Made by a program: the position numbers and the translations under genes. The notes below the pieces were generated by a model, which saw nothing but the letters and a program-made list of their open reading frames with translations, searched no databases and was not told the origin of the DNA. Of a stretch of DNA of 64,000 nucleotides, positions 13,062 to 25,312 are shown piece by piece. Each line of letters starts with the position of its first letter. The first letter of the stretch is position 1. This DNA is from Octopus bimaculoides (lineage: Eukaryota), in NCBI RefSeq assembly GCF_001194135.2, contig NC_068989.1, forward strand, positions 68,990,713 to 69,054,712, in the 5' to 3' direction.

Positions 13062-13116
13062 TACGTGCTGATGAAGCTAAGGCATATTAATATCAATGCA
13101 GAAACTAGTCCACGTA
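13062..13116 (+). ncRNA. Minimal type I hammerhead-ribozyme-like motif
   Basis: tacgtg-CTGATGA-[26 nt]-GAAA-ctag-TC-cacgta: 6 bp stem I, full core, palindromic stem III (ACTAGT), GUC site. Stem II is imperfect and lacks the G10.1-C11.1 pair. Confidence 0.5.
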
Positions 13117-13667
13117 AATCCACATAAACGTAAGTTGATTGACTTAACCATTTTTGCCTTCATATTGATTTCTGTAGTAATTACCAGTGTAATTTTTGGC
13201 GATTTAATAACGGGTTTTGGCTGTTATTTCAAGCTGGTAGACATACTTAGTATGTCCTTTGATTAATCATAATCCCTCAGCTTTTTAAATGCTATTTTTG
13301 GCCAGCAGTCGCCTGTATCGTTGATTCTGTTATTATCATTCTTAAATTAGTGACATTGGATAATAATAGAATTAATGGTACATTTTGTAAATTGATTTTA
13401 CAACATACATATATAGTAATAGATACAAACATACATACAAGGAGACAAAGAGAAAAAAGAATGAGGAATGGGAAGAAGAGAGAGACAGAGAGACAGAGAG
13501 ACAGAGACAGAGAGACAGAGAGACAGAAAGACAGAGACACAGAGACACAGAGACAGAGAGAGAGAGAGAGAGAGACTTATATATTCAAGTTCATTCCGAT
13601 ACATTTGACCATGACAGTGAAAATTCTACACGTGTTACCAAAACAGACGTTTTTACCAGAGGTTAAA

Positions 13668-13749
13668 ATGATGAGATTTTAAGCTCCAGTGAACATAGCT
13701 GGATAATCCTTTGTAAAGGGTTCGTTAAAGCCGAGTAATTTGCCGCTGA
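13668..13749 (+). ncRNA. C/D-box snoRNA-like segment inside element B copy 1
   Basis: ATGATGA at 13668-13674 and CTGA at 13746-13749. Guide gtaatttgc (13735-13743) is complementary to GCAAAUUAC of 18S rRNA. Weak terminal stem; the other three B copies lack intact boxes. Confidence 0.3.
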
Positions 13750-14034
13750 AATTAAGCTAGCAACAACACTGGGATTATCTAACTGTATACAACAGCACCA
13801 ATGTTATCATATCTTATTATGTTCGTTGTTGTTGATGGTGATGGTGGTGGAGATTATGTTTGTTAGTGATGAGGGGATAAGGGAACAGGTGAATGAATGA
13901 CTACTTAAATAATTGTCAGAACATCAATGACATTGTCTCTATATTTGTAACAGTAATGCGATAAAGGATAGATGAAATTTAAATGTTTAAACTACTGCAT
14001 TTCAAATAACCTTGGGTGAATACAACCAAGGGTC

Positions 14035-14208
14035 TAATACCGCCTTAAAGCGTGAGCATGCTGAGCAGTTGTCCAAAGGCCTCACAAGTCTGGTCTAGGG
14101 GTTCAATTCTGGTTTGTGTATGCTGTGGCTTGCTTACAAGTAAATAACTATTATAGGACCTAATGTACTAAGTTGTCCAGGGGCCTATAATGCTTCAAAG
14201 ACGGCTAT
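14035..14208. mobile_element. Degenerate hAT-type MITE
   Basis: Ends resemble cagggccgtcttaa / ttaagacggccctg (ataccgccttaaa ... tcaaagacggctatg), with repeated internal gttgtcca(a/g)ggcc. Confidence 0.4.
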
Positions 14209-14569
14209 GCATCGGTCAGTTTTTCTTTTAAATTTTTTAGCAGTTTCAGTACTGCAGACATTCTGGGGGCATAGCTTTCGAAGTTTCTTTTAGTAAATAA
14301 ATACTCCTCTCAGTACTTCATTTAATACTGTTCTTCTCTTTGATAGCACGTTGCCAACTCTAGAGAATGCTTGGTTCTTGCGATTATCTGGTCTTAATTG
14401 CCATTTGGTAATTGTGACACATCTTCTAAAGGCGAAGATAATTTTAATAAACGAAAAATGAAAAACAAAAAAAAAAAACAAGACAATTGCAGCAAAGCTG
14501 CGTGATAGTGGTGTCAGACGTAGCCTGCAGACCATCATATAATTTGTTTTATTCTCCTCTTCCGTTTTA

Positions 14570-14720
14570 CTTTGACATGCGCATTGCGTTTTTATTTTTA
14601 TGTTCAGTATGCACATGCACATTGCATGTTCATACTTCGCTCTCCGGTTCCTATTCAAAACTGTTTATATATCACAACCATCTCACGAACGTGCGTTCAT
14701 GAGGAGCGCTTCGGACTCCG
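14570..14720 (-). promoter_or_regulatory. CpG-rich promoter-like patch, possibly upstream of the minus-strand gene
   Basis: Partial NRF1-like gacatgcgcattgcg (14574-14588), ETS-like ttccg/ctccgg and locally raised CpG content. No direct TSS evidence. Confidence 0.25.
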
Positions 14721-14838
14721 ATGATTGTGAAATAAAAGATTATGCTGTATCGTATTTGATATACCCTTATATGTCTATGCCGTTCAGGCACATACCATTG
14801 GGCACACTGCGTTATTTCTCTTAGCCCATTTCTGTTTA

Positions 14839-14899
<61 letters not shown>

Positions 14900-15615
14900 G
14901 GGGTGAGGGAGAAAGTACCTACATGATAATGAATGCCTTTTACATGTCTTTTGATAAAACATATTACCGACGTGTATCAGTGAGTAGTAAATCCATCCAA
15001 TAGATTACATACTTCAGTGAACACAAAATATTAATCTCAGATGAAGTAAAACCAAATGTGTGTTTGCTTGTGTTTTTTTAGTTGTTCTTTCATTCTAGCC
15101 AGCTCACCTGATGCGTTAAACACACGCAAACACACACACATACGCTCATAGACTAACACACAAATACGCCTAGTCTTGCTCTCACTTTTCTTCCAACCCT
15201 CTCTTTCTCCATCTCTCTCCTTCTCTCTCTCCCTCTCTTCTTCTCTTTTTCTTTCTTCTTTTCTATACTTCTGCTTCCCACGCATGCGGGCTCGCTGTCT
15301 CTTTCTCATTCGAACGGAAGCAGATTAATCAGTTATAAGAAATAAACTAGCAATATTTTTTGTTTTGTTTTTTGTTTTTAATCAGCGAAACATTTGCGTA
15401 GATCGAGATTCTGTAAAAGAATCATCTTGTTATCAAAATATTAAATAATATCAAAATTTAATAAAAGCATTATCATATTGCGATGGTTGACTTTAGAAAG
15501 ACTAATGATGTCAAGATGACATAAAACTGACATGGTAATGCTTACAAGTTTCTATTTACAGAAACTTAAAAGGTGTTCATAAATCCTATCGAAAACGGAA
15601 CGAGAGGCTGACATA

Positions 15616-16415
15616 CAGTAATCACTCGCCATATCGCGATTCACCTATCGCGATTCACCTATCGCGCCCTCAGTACATCGCGGATTTTTCTGGCTATTAT
15701 ATGTACATTTATATCGCGGACTCCTCAATATATCGCAGGTTTCTGCGGCCGATAGGTATTTATATTTTTATTTAGATTTTAATTATTTCTGTGGTAAAAA
15801 AGGCATCTTCACGCCTAAAAATTAATAAATTATTAAATGAAAATACAGTACAGTATAACACATTAATTAAAATATATTGAAAAAAAATATGTAGTGTTCT
15901 GTAGATGAGTAAACAAAGAATCGCACATACTGTATGGAAAACGAAATTCGGGAGGTGAGTGTGTAGTGTTGTCTTGCATTTATAATAAAATGAATATATA
16001 CAAATTATAAAAATAATGAAAAAATATATATAGTACAGTATCATTTCTACTTCACGGATTTTGACCCATTGCGGGTGTTTTTGGAATGTATCATCCGCGA
16101 TAACTGAGCGATTGGAAATCCTCTTAGCCCCTTGTGGAGCATAGGGCCAGTTTCCATGGCGTATGTGTTTCCCCCAGCTGGACGGGACGCCAGTCAATCG
16201 CAACTTTTTACTCAAGAAACAGGAAGAAAGAGTGAGAGAAAGAGTACAACAGGGGTCGCCGCCACCCCCTGTCGGATCCTCGTGGAGCTTTAGGTGTTTT
16301 TTGCTCAATAAAGACACACAACGCCCGGTCTGGGAATCGAAACTGCAATCTTCCGACCGCGAGTCGGCTGCCCTAACCACTGGGCCATTGCGCCTCCACA
16401 ATTGAGGGATTACTG
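15616..16415. mobile_element. Tigger/pogo-like MITE with TA target duplication; right TIR interrupted by a SINE
   Basis: TA-cagtaatcactcgccatatcgcg at 15614 and ccgcgataac...[SINE]...gagggattactg-TA ending at 16417. Subterminal tatcgcgattcacc repeats. Confidence 0.8.
16114..16400 (-). mobile_element. tRNA-derived SINE family C with tail X
   Basis: Head tgtggaggcgcaatggcccagtggttagggcagccgactcgcggtcgg with A and B boxes. Flanked by a 9 nt duplication tgagcgatt/tgagggatt. Confidence 0.85.
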
Positions 16416-17044
16416 TAAATTAATTCAGCCTCCAATTTCCTCTCATCTAGCCATACTGTTCAGGNNNNNNNNNNNNNNNNNNNNNNNNNNNNNNNNNNNN
16501 NNNNNNNNNNNNNNNNNNNNNNNNNNNNNNNNNNNNNNNNNNNNNNNNNNNNNNNNNNNNNNNNNNNNNNNNNNNNNNNNNNNNNNNNNNNNNNNNNNNN
16601 NNNNNNNNNNNNNNNNNNNNNNNNNNNNNNNNNNNNNNNNNNNNNNNNNNNNNNNNNNNNNNNNNNNNNNNNNNNNNNNNNNNNNNNNNNNNNNNNNNNN
16701 NNNNNNNNNNNNNNNNNNNNNNNNNNNNNNNNNNNNNNNNNNNNNNNNNNNNNNNNNNNNNNNNNNNNNNNNNNNNNNNNNNNNNNNNNNNNNNNNNNNN
16801 NNAATGCCAAACTCCTATCCTACTATGAAAAAACGTCAGCGGAAAGTTTTGTAGTTCACCCCATCGCTTCTCCCTTGACGTAAAAACTTGTGTGGGTAAG
16901 ATCTTTCTTAGTTTAGTGGATAAACACTTTCCCCGAATGCATAGGTTCAGAACAATATTTAATAGAATACTTTATGAGTTTTTTTTTTTTGTACTTTTCG
17001 GGCGCGAACCTATGTAAGGTCAATCATCGTATGTGTGTGTGTAT

Positions 17045-17270
17045 GTGTGTGTGCATCTATGTGTTTGTGTTTGTATTTGTCTATTGCCACTTGACAGCCG
17101 GTGTTGGTGTGCTTATGTCCCCGTAACTTAGCGGTGGTTCGACAAAAGAGACCGATAAAATAAGTACTAGGCCTAAAAAAATAAGTCCTGAGGCCGATTT
17201 GTTCCACTAAATCCCTTCAAGGTGGTGCCCCACCATGGCTGCAGTCAAATGACTGAAACAAGTAAAAAAA
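17045..17270 (+). mobile_element. SINE family B, 3' half
   Basis: gtgcttatgtccccgtaacttagcgg...ataagtactaggc...cagtcaaatgactgaaacaagtaaaa. Confidence 0.85.
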
Positions 17271-18580
17271 AAAATGGGGTTCGAGAAAGACTAGTGAAAT
17301 TCTTCGCCAATAGTTAGTGAGTATAAATAGCTGAAAATTGAAATAAATTGATTTGCTCTGAAAAAGATAAAAATTCGGAAGATTCGGAAGCAGGACACTA
17401 ATTGGAATGTTCTCTTCAGTAGAATTTTCGTCTCTCACGGTGCGCACTGGTTTATTCCAAATTTAAGTTATTTTAATTGACACTGGGTTAAGCATGAATT
17501 TAATTATATCCGACATCAAAATATTAAAGCTAGATCTCAGTCCATTCATCTAAGGCGAAGAACTAACCATAAATTCATTCTCTCTATTCGAGAAGTAAAT
17601 TTTCAGGGTCATTGACAAATAGGTCTTCGTCCACCAGTGTTTTACATCCAGTTGTCAATGAGCCAGCAAAGGAACCTCTGCATAGTTGCACGACCTGCGA
17701 GGATCAGGAGCCAGAATTCTATTAAGTGACATTCTACTGTCTTTAAAAATGTTCAGTACATAATGTAGTCGTATATATTTAAAAACAAAACAAAATGTAG
17801 GGGATAGTCACGCAGTGACGTAATGCTGAGTGTGCCGCCATCGGAGGGGAGCTACTTTATACACATGTGTTTACTTTAGTTGAATGTATGTTAGATTTAA
17901 AGAAGTGGGTGGCCAAAACCACTTTATGCCACTGTTGTTACGGCATCAATGCTTTTTATTATACGCCTGCTAAATCAGATTGTTGTGAGGTTAAATAACA
18001 GTCTAATCCCCTGCCCTTAAAACGCACCCTTTATCTATTTCTTCAATCGATACGATAATGCACATTTCTATACCCTTATACCAAGGACCTTCGAGAAAAA
18101 ATTTACGAGCAGGAACAAGACTGCTTTATGGCCCAATTTTCCTGAGAGAGTGTTAAGAGCTTAGAAGCCCGTAAGATATTCACGGCCTTTCTTCGTCCTC
18201 TGGACCAGTTGCCCATCACCACTCTCTTACAGGCCGTGTTTATACCCATTTATTCCACTCATTTTTCCTCCTCCAACTGTCATCCCACTTCTTGCCCGTA
18301 AAAAAGCTTAACTTTTTTGTTCTCCGACCTAGAGCGAATGGGAATATTCCGGAACTGCTCAACCATGTTTCGTGTCCAATCAAAGATTTACAACAATTTG
18401 GAAGTAACTTTAACCTTTACCTTTCTCATCTTATCTTTACCAACCAACAAAGGAACCTTCATACGATCTCTCGACCAGCATAACATAGCAGTCAAACCTC
18501 CTTCAAATCATATGTTAACTATTTTTCACACTTTCAGGTCTTTCCTTTTTAAACATAATATCCCGCTCATTAATATTCTT

Positions 18581-20046
18581 GTCTCTGCGTCTGATGGAGC
18601 CCCTTCGATGATATGAAGATACAGGAGTTTTTCATCTCTGCTAAAGCGTGAAATTTCCCACTTGATACTAACTGCTTATTGTTTGACATACTGGCAGCAT
18701 TTAGTGGCAAAAAATATGAACAGTAGATTGAATGATGCGCTTCAGTTAGTTATCAAGACTGTGAACAAATTGAAGTCCAGTCCCTTGTCTGATCGAATTT
18801 TCCGTCAACTCTGAGAAATGATGAGGACCATACTAAATTCTTATACCATACCGAAGTGCGGTGGCTGTCAAAAGGAAACTGTGTTTTACGCTTTGTTGAA
18901 CTGTTTTACTGTTTATATAATATCTTTTTCTTTGAAAATACTCCACTATCCGCTTCATTGGTGGCTGCAAGGAGCAATATCTTTTTTCTTTCTGATATAT
19001 TCACAAAATAAAAATTATTTGAATAAATTATTGCAAAGAAACAGAAAAACTCTCATTGATTGTAAATAATTTATCACTACCTTCATTTCGAAATTGGTGT
19101 TGTTTAAGACTAACAATTCAAAACGTCAATTCCATCAATTTCCACAACTTGATTCTTTGAAAGTTGAATTGATTGATGAGTATTTAACTACATATCGTAA
19201 CTATTTACAATTACTGCACGATAACATGGTGGAGTGATTTCAAGATGTTGCTGCGCTGAATATTCCAAATTGGTATAGCAATCCGTTTGGGGTTGATGCA
19301 GTCATTGCGAGGATGATGTTCAGGAGGAATTGATAGAATTACAAATTGACAATGACGCCACAATGCGATATCATCGTAATGGCAAAGAAGGTTTGTGATA
19401 CCATCAGAGTATACTGAATTCCTACCCCAATCTGTGGTAACATCTGAAATTACTTTTGCTTGCCTTCCCCACTTCATACCTGGTTAAACCTGGTTTTAAC
19501 CATGTTGGAACTTTATTTTCCCATAAAAGAATTAGACTGGATGTAATACAACGAGGAGACTTGCGGCTAAAGTTGACAAGTTTGAAACCGAATGTATCTG
19601 CACTAGCTGCATTGCACCAGACACATGGTTCTCATTAAAAAGTTTTATTCTTTTCCTTTATAATACAATCATTAATTATTTTTGCATCGGTAATTCTAAT
19701 CAATGGTTCATTTGGGGAAAATGAATATCAGTGTAAAAGAAAGCGCAAGTTTCCAGAAGCTAATCTGTCTGCATAATATAGAGTTAACGCTAGAATTTTA
19801 TTTACACTAATGGCAAAACTAAACCCACAATAAAGGATTTGTAAACACCTGAATATTTAGTCCAAATGGCACCAACAGGGCAACGATATAGTGTGTGTGT
19901 CAAATGATACAGGGGGGCTGCTAGGGGATTTTGTGTTTGTGGGGGGTTGTGTCAGGGTTTTTTTTTACACAGGTGGGCGATGGAGCATTTCTTGACCGAT
20001 AGGTGGGCGCTATTGCAATTTGGTGCGAAAAGTTTGTGAAACACTG
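18581..20046 (+). mobile_element. 5'-truncated hAT (Buster/Charlie, SCAND3/ZBED5-like) transposon remnant with right TIR
   Basis: ASDGAPSMI, QHLVAKNM...LQLVIKTVNKLKS, HTEVRWLSKGNCVLRFVELF and C-terminal PTSYLVKPGF...RLDVIQRGDLRLKLT. Ends aagtttgtgaaacactg. Confidence 0.9.
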
Positions 20047-20379
20047 ATATAGACTAACATATATTCAGGCCAACGAGAGGGTTTTTATGTTTTTATGCTA
20101 GAAGCAGTAACAGTTCGAGCGACCAATCCTACATAAGTCAACTTTATCTTTCAGGCTCGATCAATAAAGTACCAGTTATGTACCAGAGTCGACTATTTTC
20201 TTTCTCTAGCTCCTTTCTGTCTGTCTCTTTCGTTCTGGAAGAATTCGACTGGGGTTCAGACATAGAGAGGAATGGGCTCCGACACATCTCAAAATGCTTA
20301 AAGCACCCCTTATATTATAACGGCACTCCCACAACTCTATGAGAGAGTTACAAGCCAATGCTATGAAATGGCAATTTTA

Positions 20380-20830
20380 TGATACGGCTTGTTATTGAAG
20401 ACAACGCTTCGTGCAAAATTCTGTTACGGTTGTAGTAATTTGAAGAGGTGACCAGACGTAACAGAGTAATTGTAATTAGCAAGACTGTTTGGATAAGGCT
20501 GTTCAGAAGGCTAGTAGAGAAAAGGTTGGATTTGCGAAAGGTTAAGAGTTTCATAACTGGTAACTGAAAGGATTAACACGAACCGTTATGAAGTTTATCA
20601 TGACTACGACGAGTTGGAAATAATGCATATCTAAGTTCTGTTAGAGAGTTTCTTGTTATAGTTGTAATAGGCTTACTATTAAGTTGCAGTGAAGGAGACA
20701 GTGAGATGAAAGCTCATACATGGTTTGCTATTGAAGCCAAGTTAGTTGTCTACCAAGAGTAGGGAAAAAGATAGAGGGAATAAGAAAGATTTTACCCCAG
20801 TGAAAGTTGCCGAGCAAAGAGAATGTTTTG
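20380..20830 (-). mobile_element. Highly decayed CR1/L2-like RT fragment
   Basis: Minus-strand frames give patches resembling the C-terminal RT region (GFNSKP..., LLAF*TALSKQSC*LQLLCYVW). Many stops. Confidence 0.4.
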
Positions 20831-20862
20831 CTACAGGTGTCTTATATTAATAACTGTGTTAA

Positions 20863-21080
20863 GGCGGCGAGCTGGCAGAATCGTTAGCACGCCGGGCTAA
20901 ATGCTATGCGGTATCTCGTCTGTCTTTACGTTCTGAGTTCAAATTCCGCCGAGGTCAACTTTGCCTTTCATCCTTTCGGAGTCGATAAATTAAGCACTAC
21001 GCAGTTGCGTACTGGGGTCGATCCAATCGACTGGCTCTCTCCCCAAAATTTCGGGCCTTGTGCCTAGAATAGAAAAGATT
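20863..21080 (+). mobile_element. SINE family A, near full length
   Basis: ggcggcgagctggcagaatcgttagcacgccggg...gagttcaaattccgccgaggtcaactttgcctttcatcctttcgg...ggccttgtgcctagaatagaa. Confidence 0.9.
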
Positions 21081-21949
21081 AATAACTGTTAAAATTAGAA
21101 CTCAATCAGAAACAATGGAATCGGATGAGGTATTTAAAAAAGAAAAAAAAAATTGATGCTGTATCACCTGAGACGGCAGCAACAATGAAAAGTAACATGC
21201 AGACCGAGATTTCGACTCCTGGTTGCGAATTCATAGTCCCTTTCACACAATTCCTTTTAATTTTCCAAGGAAAGCACAATAATTCGCCACAACAGTTCTA
21301 TTTCAAATTCAAAACTATATCTATTTTAAAAATATATATATTGAATGCCTATCCAGTTTCATCAACGATAGAGGAGACTAAACGTCTGCTTAGCAGGTCT
21401 CCAGATTGCTAATAACCTATTCAAAAATATTTTAACAATTTAATTAATGAGGTTAATTACTCGGAGACGTCTGATAATTAGTGATGTCTCTCTTTAGCAT
21501 CTAGTTATAGATTATCTCAACATCAACACACGAAATTTTAACTAAGATTAATTATTAACAGCAAGACGATCGTCAACCTGTTCATTCGTTTCTGTAATCA
21601 AGTTTATTACAATCTCGACTCTTCGACGCTTTTCCCGTTAATCCCGCCTCTTCTGTTTAAATCAACAAACTATTAATAACCTCTCTCTCTCTCTCCTTCT
21701 CTCTCTCCCGCCTTCTTTCCCTTTCTCACACACATACACACATGTATGAGCCTGTGCATATANNNNNNNNNNNNNNNNNNNNNNNNNNNNNNNNNNNNNN
21801 NNNNNNNNNNNNNNNNNNNNNNNNNNNNNNNNNNNNNNNNNNNNNNNNNNNNNNNNNNNNNNNNNNNNNNNNNNNNNNNNNNNNNNNNNNNNNNNNNNNN
21901 NNNNNNNNNNNNNNNNNNNNNNNNNNNNNNNNGTATGTAGATGTATATA

Positions 21950-21995
<46 letters not shown>

Positions 21996-23096
21996 ACACA
22001 CACACACGCGCGCACGCACACACACGCACACACATATATATATATAACTGAACATTAAAAACACGCACAGATACACACACGCATACATACATACATCTCT
22101 TTTCTTCACAGACACACACACACACACACACACATATATATCGTTCTTATTTTCTTTATGACTCTCTTTTTCTCCCTTCCCCTGTCTCTTTCCTTCTCTC
22201 TCTCTCCTTCTACCCCCCCCCTCNNNNNNNNNNNNNNNNNNNNNNNNNNNNNNNNNNNNNNNNNNNNNNNNNNNNCCCCCCCCCCTCTCTTCTCTTCTCT
22301 TCTCACCACTCATTTACTCACTAATATCTCTTCTACTCTCTCAGATCTATCTGCTAGCTTCTTTCTAAGCATCATGCAATAAACTGCGTCGCGAAACTTA
22401 ATTTACTCTTTTAATGAATCTTGACTTTTTTTTTCTCTGTTTTTCTTTTTTCTTCTTCTTCTTCTTTTAAACTATTTTAGTACTCTTTTATAGAACTGTG
22501 ACTTTTCTATTCTGGTAACATAATGCCTTCTTGTTATTGCATCATGAACTTCCTAAATATTTTGGTAAAACTTGACCTTCTTAACTATCCTGCAGATTAA
22601 TAGATAAATAAATAAATAAATGAATAAATAAATAAATAAATAAATAAATAAATCGATCAGTTATTCTTCGTAACCGATTGACCTTCATCCACGTGTAAAA
22701 GACAAAGAAAGGGAAAGAGAAATTAAGGAGGAATTTCGAAGAACAGCTAGGGAGAGAAGAAAAACAGCGAAACAGACAGAAACAAAGCGGGGGAGAGAGG
22801 CTGTCTGTCTGTATGTCTGTATGTCTGTGTTATTTGTGAATATTTGTGTGTGTATAACTATATCTGTTAGCATGTTTGTATGTTTATGATTGTGTGTGTG
22901 TGTGTGTGTGTGTGGGTGTGTGGGTGTGTGTGTGCCGATATGTCTGTCAGCTGTGTGTGCATATATGTCTATATGTGTTTTCTATGTGCGTTCGCATATC
23001 TGTGTGTGTTATCTGTCGTGTTTGTGTGTGCGTATCTATTCTGTTATCTATGTGTGCGTTTGTGTTTCTATGTCCGTTACTTATGTGTACGTCTGT

Positions 23097-23143
<47 letters not shown>

Positions 23144-23159
23144 CTCTTTACTACCTACA

Positions 23160-23370
23160 AGAGGCTACACACAGAGGAGACAAACAAGGACAGACAAACG
23201 GATTAAGTCGATTATATCGACCCCAGTGCGTAACTGGTACTTATTTAATCGAACCCGAAAGGATGAAAGGCAAAGTCGACCTCGGCGGAATTTGAACTCA
23301 GAACGTAGCGGCAGACGAAATACTGCTAAGCATTTCGCCCGGCGTGCTAACGTTTCTGCCAGCTCGCCTC
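23160..23370 (-). mobile_element. SINE family A inside a complex (TG)n region
   Basis: Near-consensus reverse-complement copy, cut by a gap. Confidence 0.9.
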
Positions 23371-23527
23371 NNNNNNNNNNNNNNNNNNNNNNNNNNNNNN
23401 NNNNNNNNNNNNNNNNNNNNNNNNNNNNNNNNNNNNNNNNNNNNNNNNNNNNNNNNNNNNNNNNNNNNNNNNNNNNNNNNNNNNNNNNNNNNNNNNNNNN
23501 NNNNNNNNNNNNNNNNNNNNNNNNNNN

Positions 23528-23577
<50 letters not shown>

Positions 23578-24756
23578 TGTGTGTGTGTGTGCGTGTGTGT
23601 GCGCGCGCGCGTATGCTATCTGTGTGTATATGTATGTATATGTGGCTGTGTGGCTATGTTATCTGTATGTGTCTGATGGCTGTCTCTGTTATTTGTATGA
23701 ATATATGTGTATATTTGTGTGTTATCTGGGCGTGTATGTTTGTGTATATATATATATCTGTTATGTTTATGCATATGTATCTGTGTGTGAGTATGTCTAT
23801 GTGTGTTATCAATGTGCGCGCGCATATCTGTGCGTGACATCTGTTGTGTTTGCGCGTGTGTATTTATTCTGTTATCTACGTATGCGTTTGTGTTTCTATG
23901 ACCGTTACTTGTGCGTGCGTGCGTGCGTGCATATGTGTATATTTTTGTGTTATCTGGGCGTGTATGTTTGTGTATATGTATATCTGTTATGTTTCTCTGT
24001 ATGTATCTGTGTGTAACTATGAGTCGGCTCAAGTAAAAATTTTTTAAAAAAATAAATTTTTTTAACATAATACCCCCCCCCCACACACACACACACACAT
24101 GTAGTATTGTTTCATCCCGGATTAATATGTTGTGTTCACTGAAATATGTAATCTAATAAGTAATTTGTAATGCAAAAAAAAAAAGAAAAAAACTGGAAAG
24201 AACAGTCACTGACGTGGCTAAATATTTCATATATGTCTATGTGTATGTGTGTGAGTATATGTATACATACGTAAGCATGTATGTATAAACATATATATGT
24301 TTGTGTGCATGTATGTATACATGCATAAAACTAAGTATGTATAAGCGTAAATGTGCGAGTGTTGTGTATGTGTATGTGTGTGTGAGCAAGCCGAAACTTC
24401 GAAGTCACTGTCAACTTTTCCCTTATAAAAATTTAATAAACATGTAGTCTACTAAAAATTCATTGAATAATACTTTGGTCTGCTGTTAAATTGTTTCCTT
24501 TTCCGTATATTATTTTATATAAAAACAAGCATTAAGTATCTAAAGGCCAAAATGGCCGAAATCTGGCATTCATCGCAAGGATGGATTTTCGTCTTCCTCT
24601 GATATATATTATCTGTTTTTTAAAACATAGTACGTGCACAAGAGATGTTATCTGAGGACAAATACTGCAGTGACTGGTCTATCAACAGTGTATATACATT
24701 AAGTATGATACAGTGATCGCTATTTTAATTTCCTGAAGAGATATCTAAACAAACAA

Positions 24757-24878
24757 TAGAGGTTTCTCACTTCCAACTGTTGGATGACCGTTGACTCTAT
24801 CAAGTTTACGTGAAGCGCCGATCACGTGAACTTGATAGAATCAACGGCCATCCAACAGTTGGAAATGAGAAACCTCTA
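24757..24878. repeat. Near-perfect palindrome: 57 bp arms, 8 nt loop
   Basis: 24757-24813 pairs with 24822-24878 with four non-Watson-Crick positions. Loop agcgccga. Confidence 0.9.
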
Positions 24879-24899
24879 TTCTTTGTCTCGAGCTAATCG

Positions 24900-25058
24900 A
24901 CTTTTTTGTTTTCCACATGAAACGGAAAATAAGGCTGGAGAAGAAATGCCTGTCGCAAAGTGTGTTTCTTAAAAGATGGAAGTCTGTAGCAAGTATGTTG
25001 CGAGTGAAAGAACCGATCTAAACGAGAACCAATAAAAGGACAAAGCAAAGTCTTCAGT
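24900..25058 (+). other. Candidate non-coding (5' UTR) exon of the plus-strand gene; left boundary uncertain
   Basis: Consensus donor cagt|gtgagt at 25059. All three frames contain stops. Confidence 0.4.
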
Positions 25059-25312
25059 GTGAGTATGTGGTTTGTGGGGTCGACCCGGTCCTCCGTTTCA
25101 TTTTTTGTAAATCACTCATTCTCATTTAATTGTATATATTTTGATTGTTTGTTCATTCATACATTTCATCTCATTCGATCCCCTGACCCAATGTTTGTTT
25201 TGTCTGTCCTCCTATCGTCCCCTCTTTTTCTCAACCTCATGGTTAATAAAGAAATTGACTCTATCAAGTTTACATGCCCTTTGACAGAACTTTTCTTTTT
25301 TTCGTCTTGCAG

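Larger units (their letters stand above)
11936..13870. repeat. Copy 1 of a ~1.9 kb inverted duplication (block A, spacer, element B)
   Basis: 11936-12665 is the reverse complement of 26765-27428, and 13577-13810 is the reverse complement of 25608-25842, in colinear inverted order. Confidence 0.85.

Noticed and set aside
17599-17720. Terminal exon GSLTNRSSSTSV...EPEFY*
   Set aside because: It overlaps an interspersed repeat related to 52800-53130, so an open frame is likely chance.
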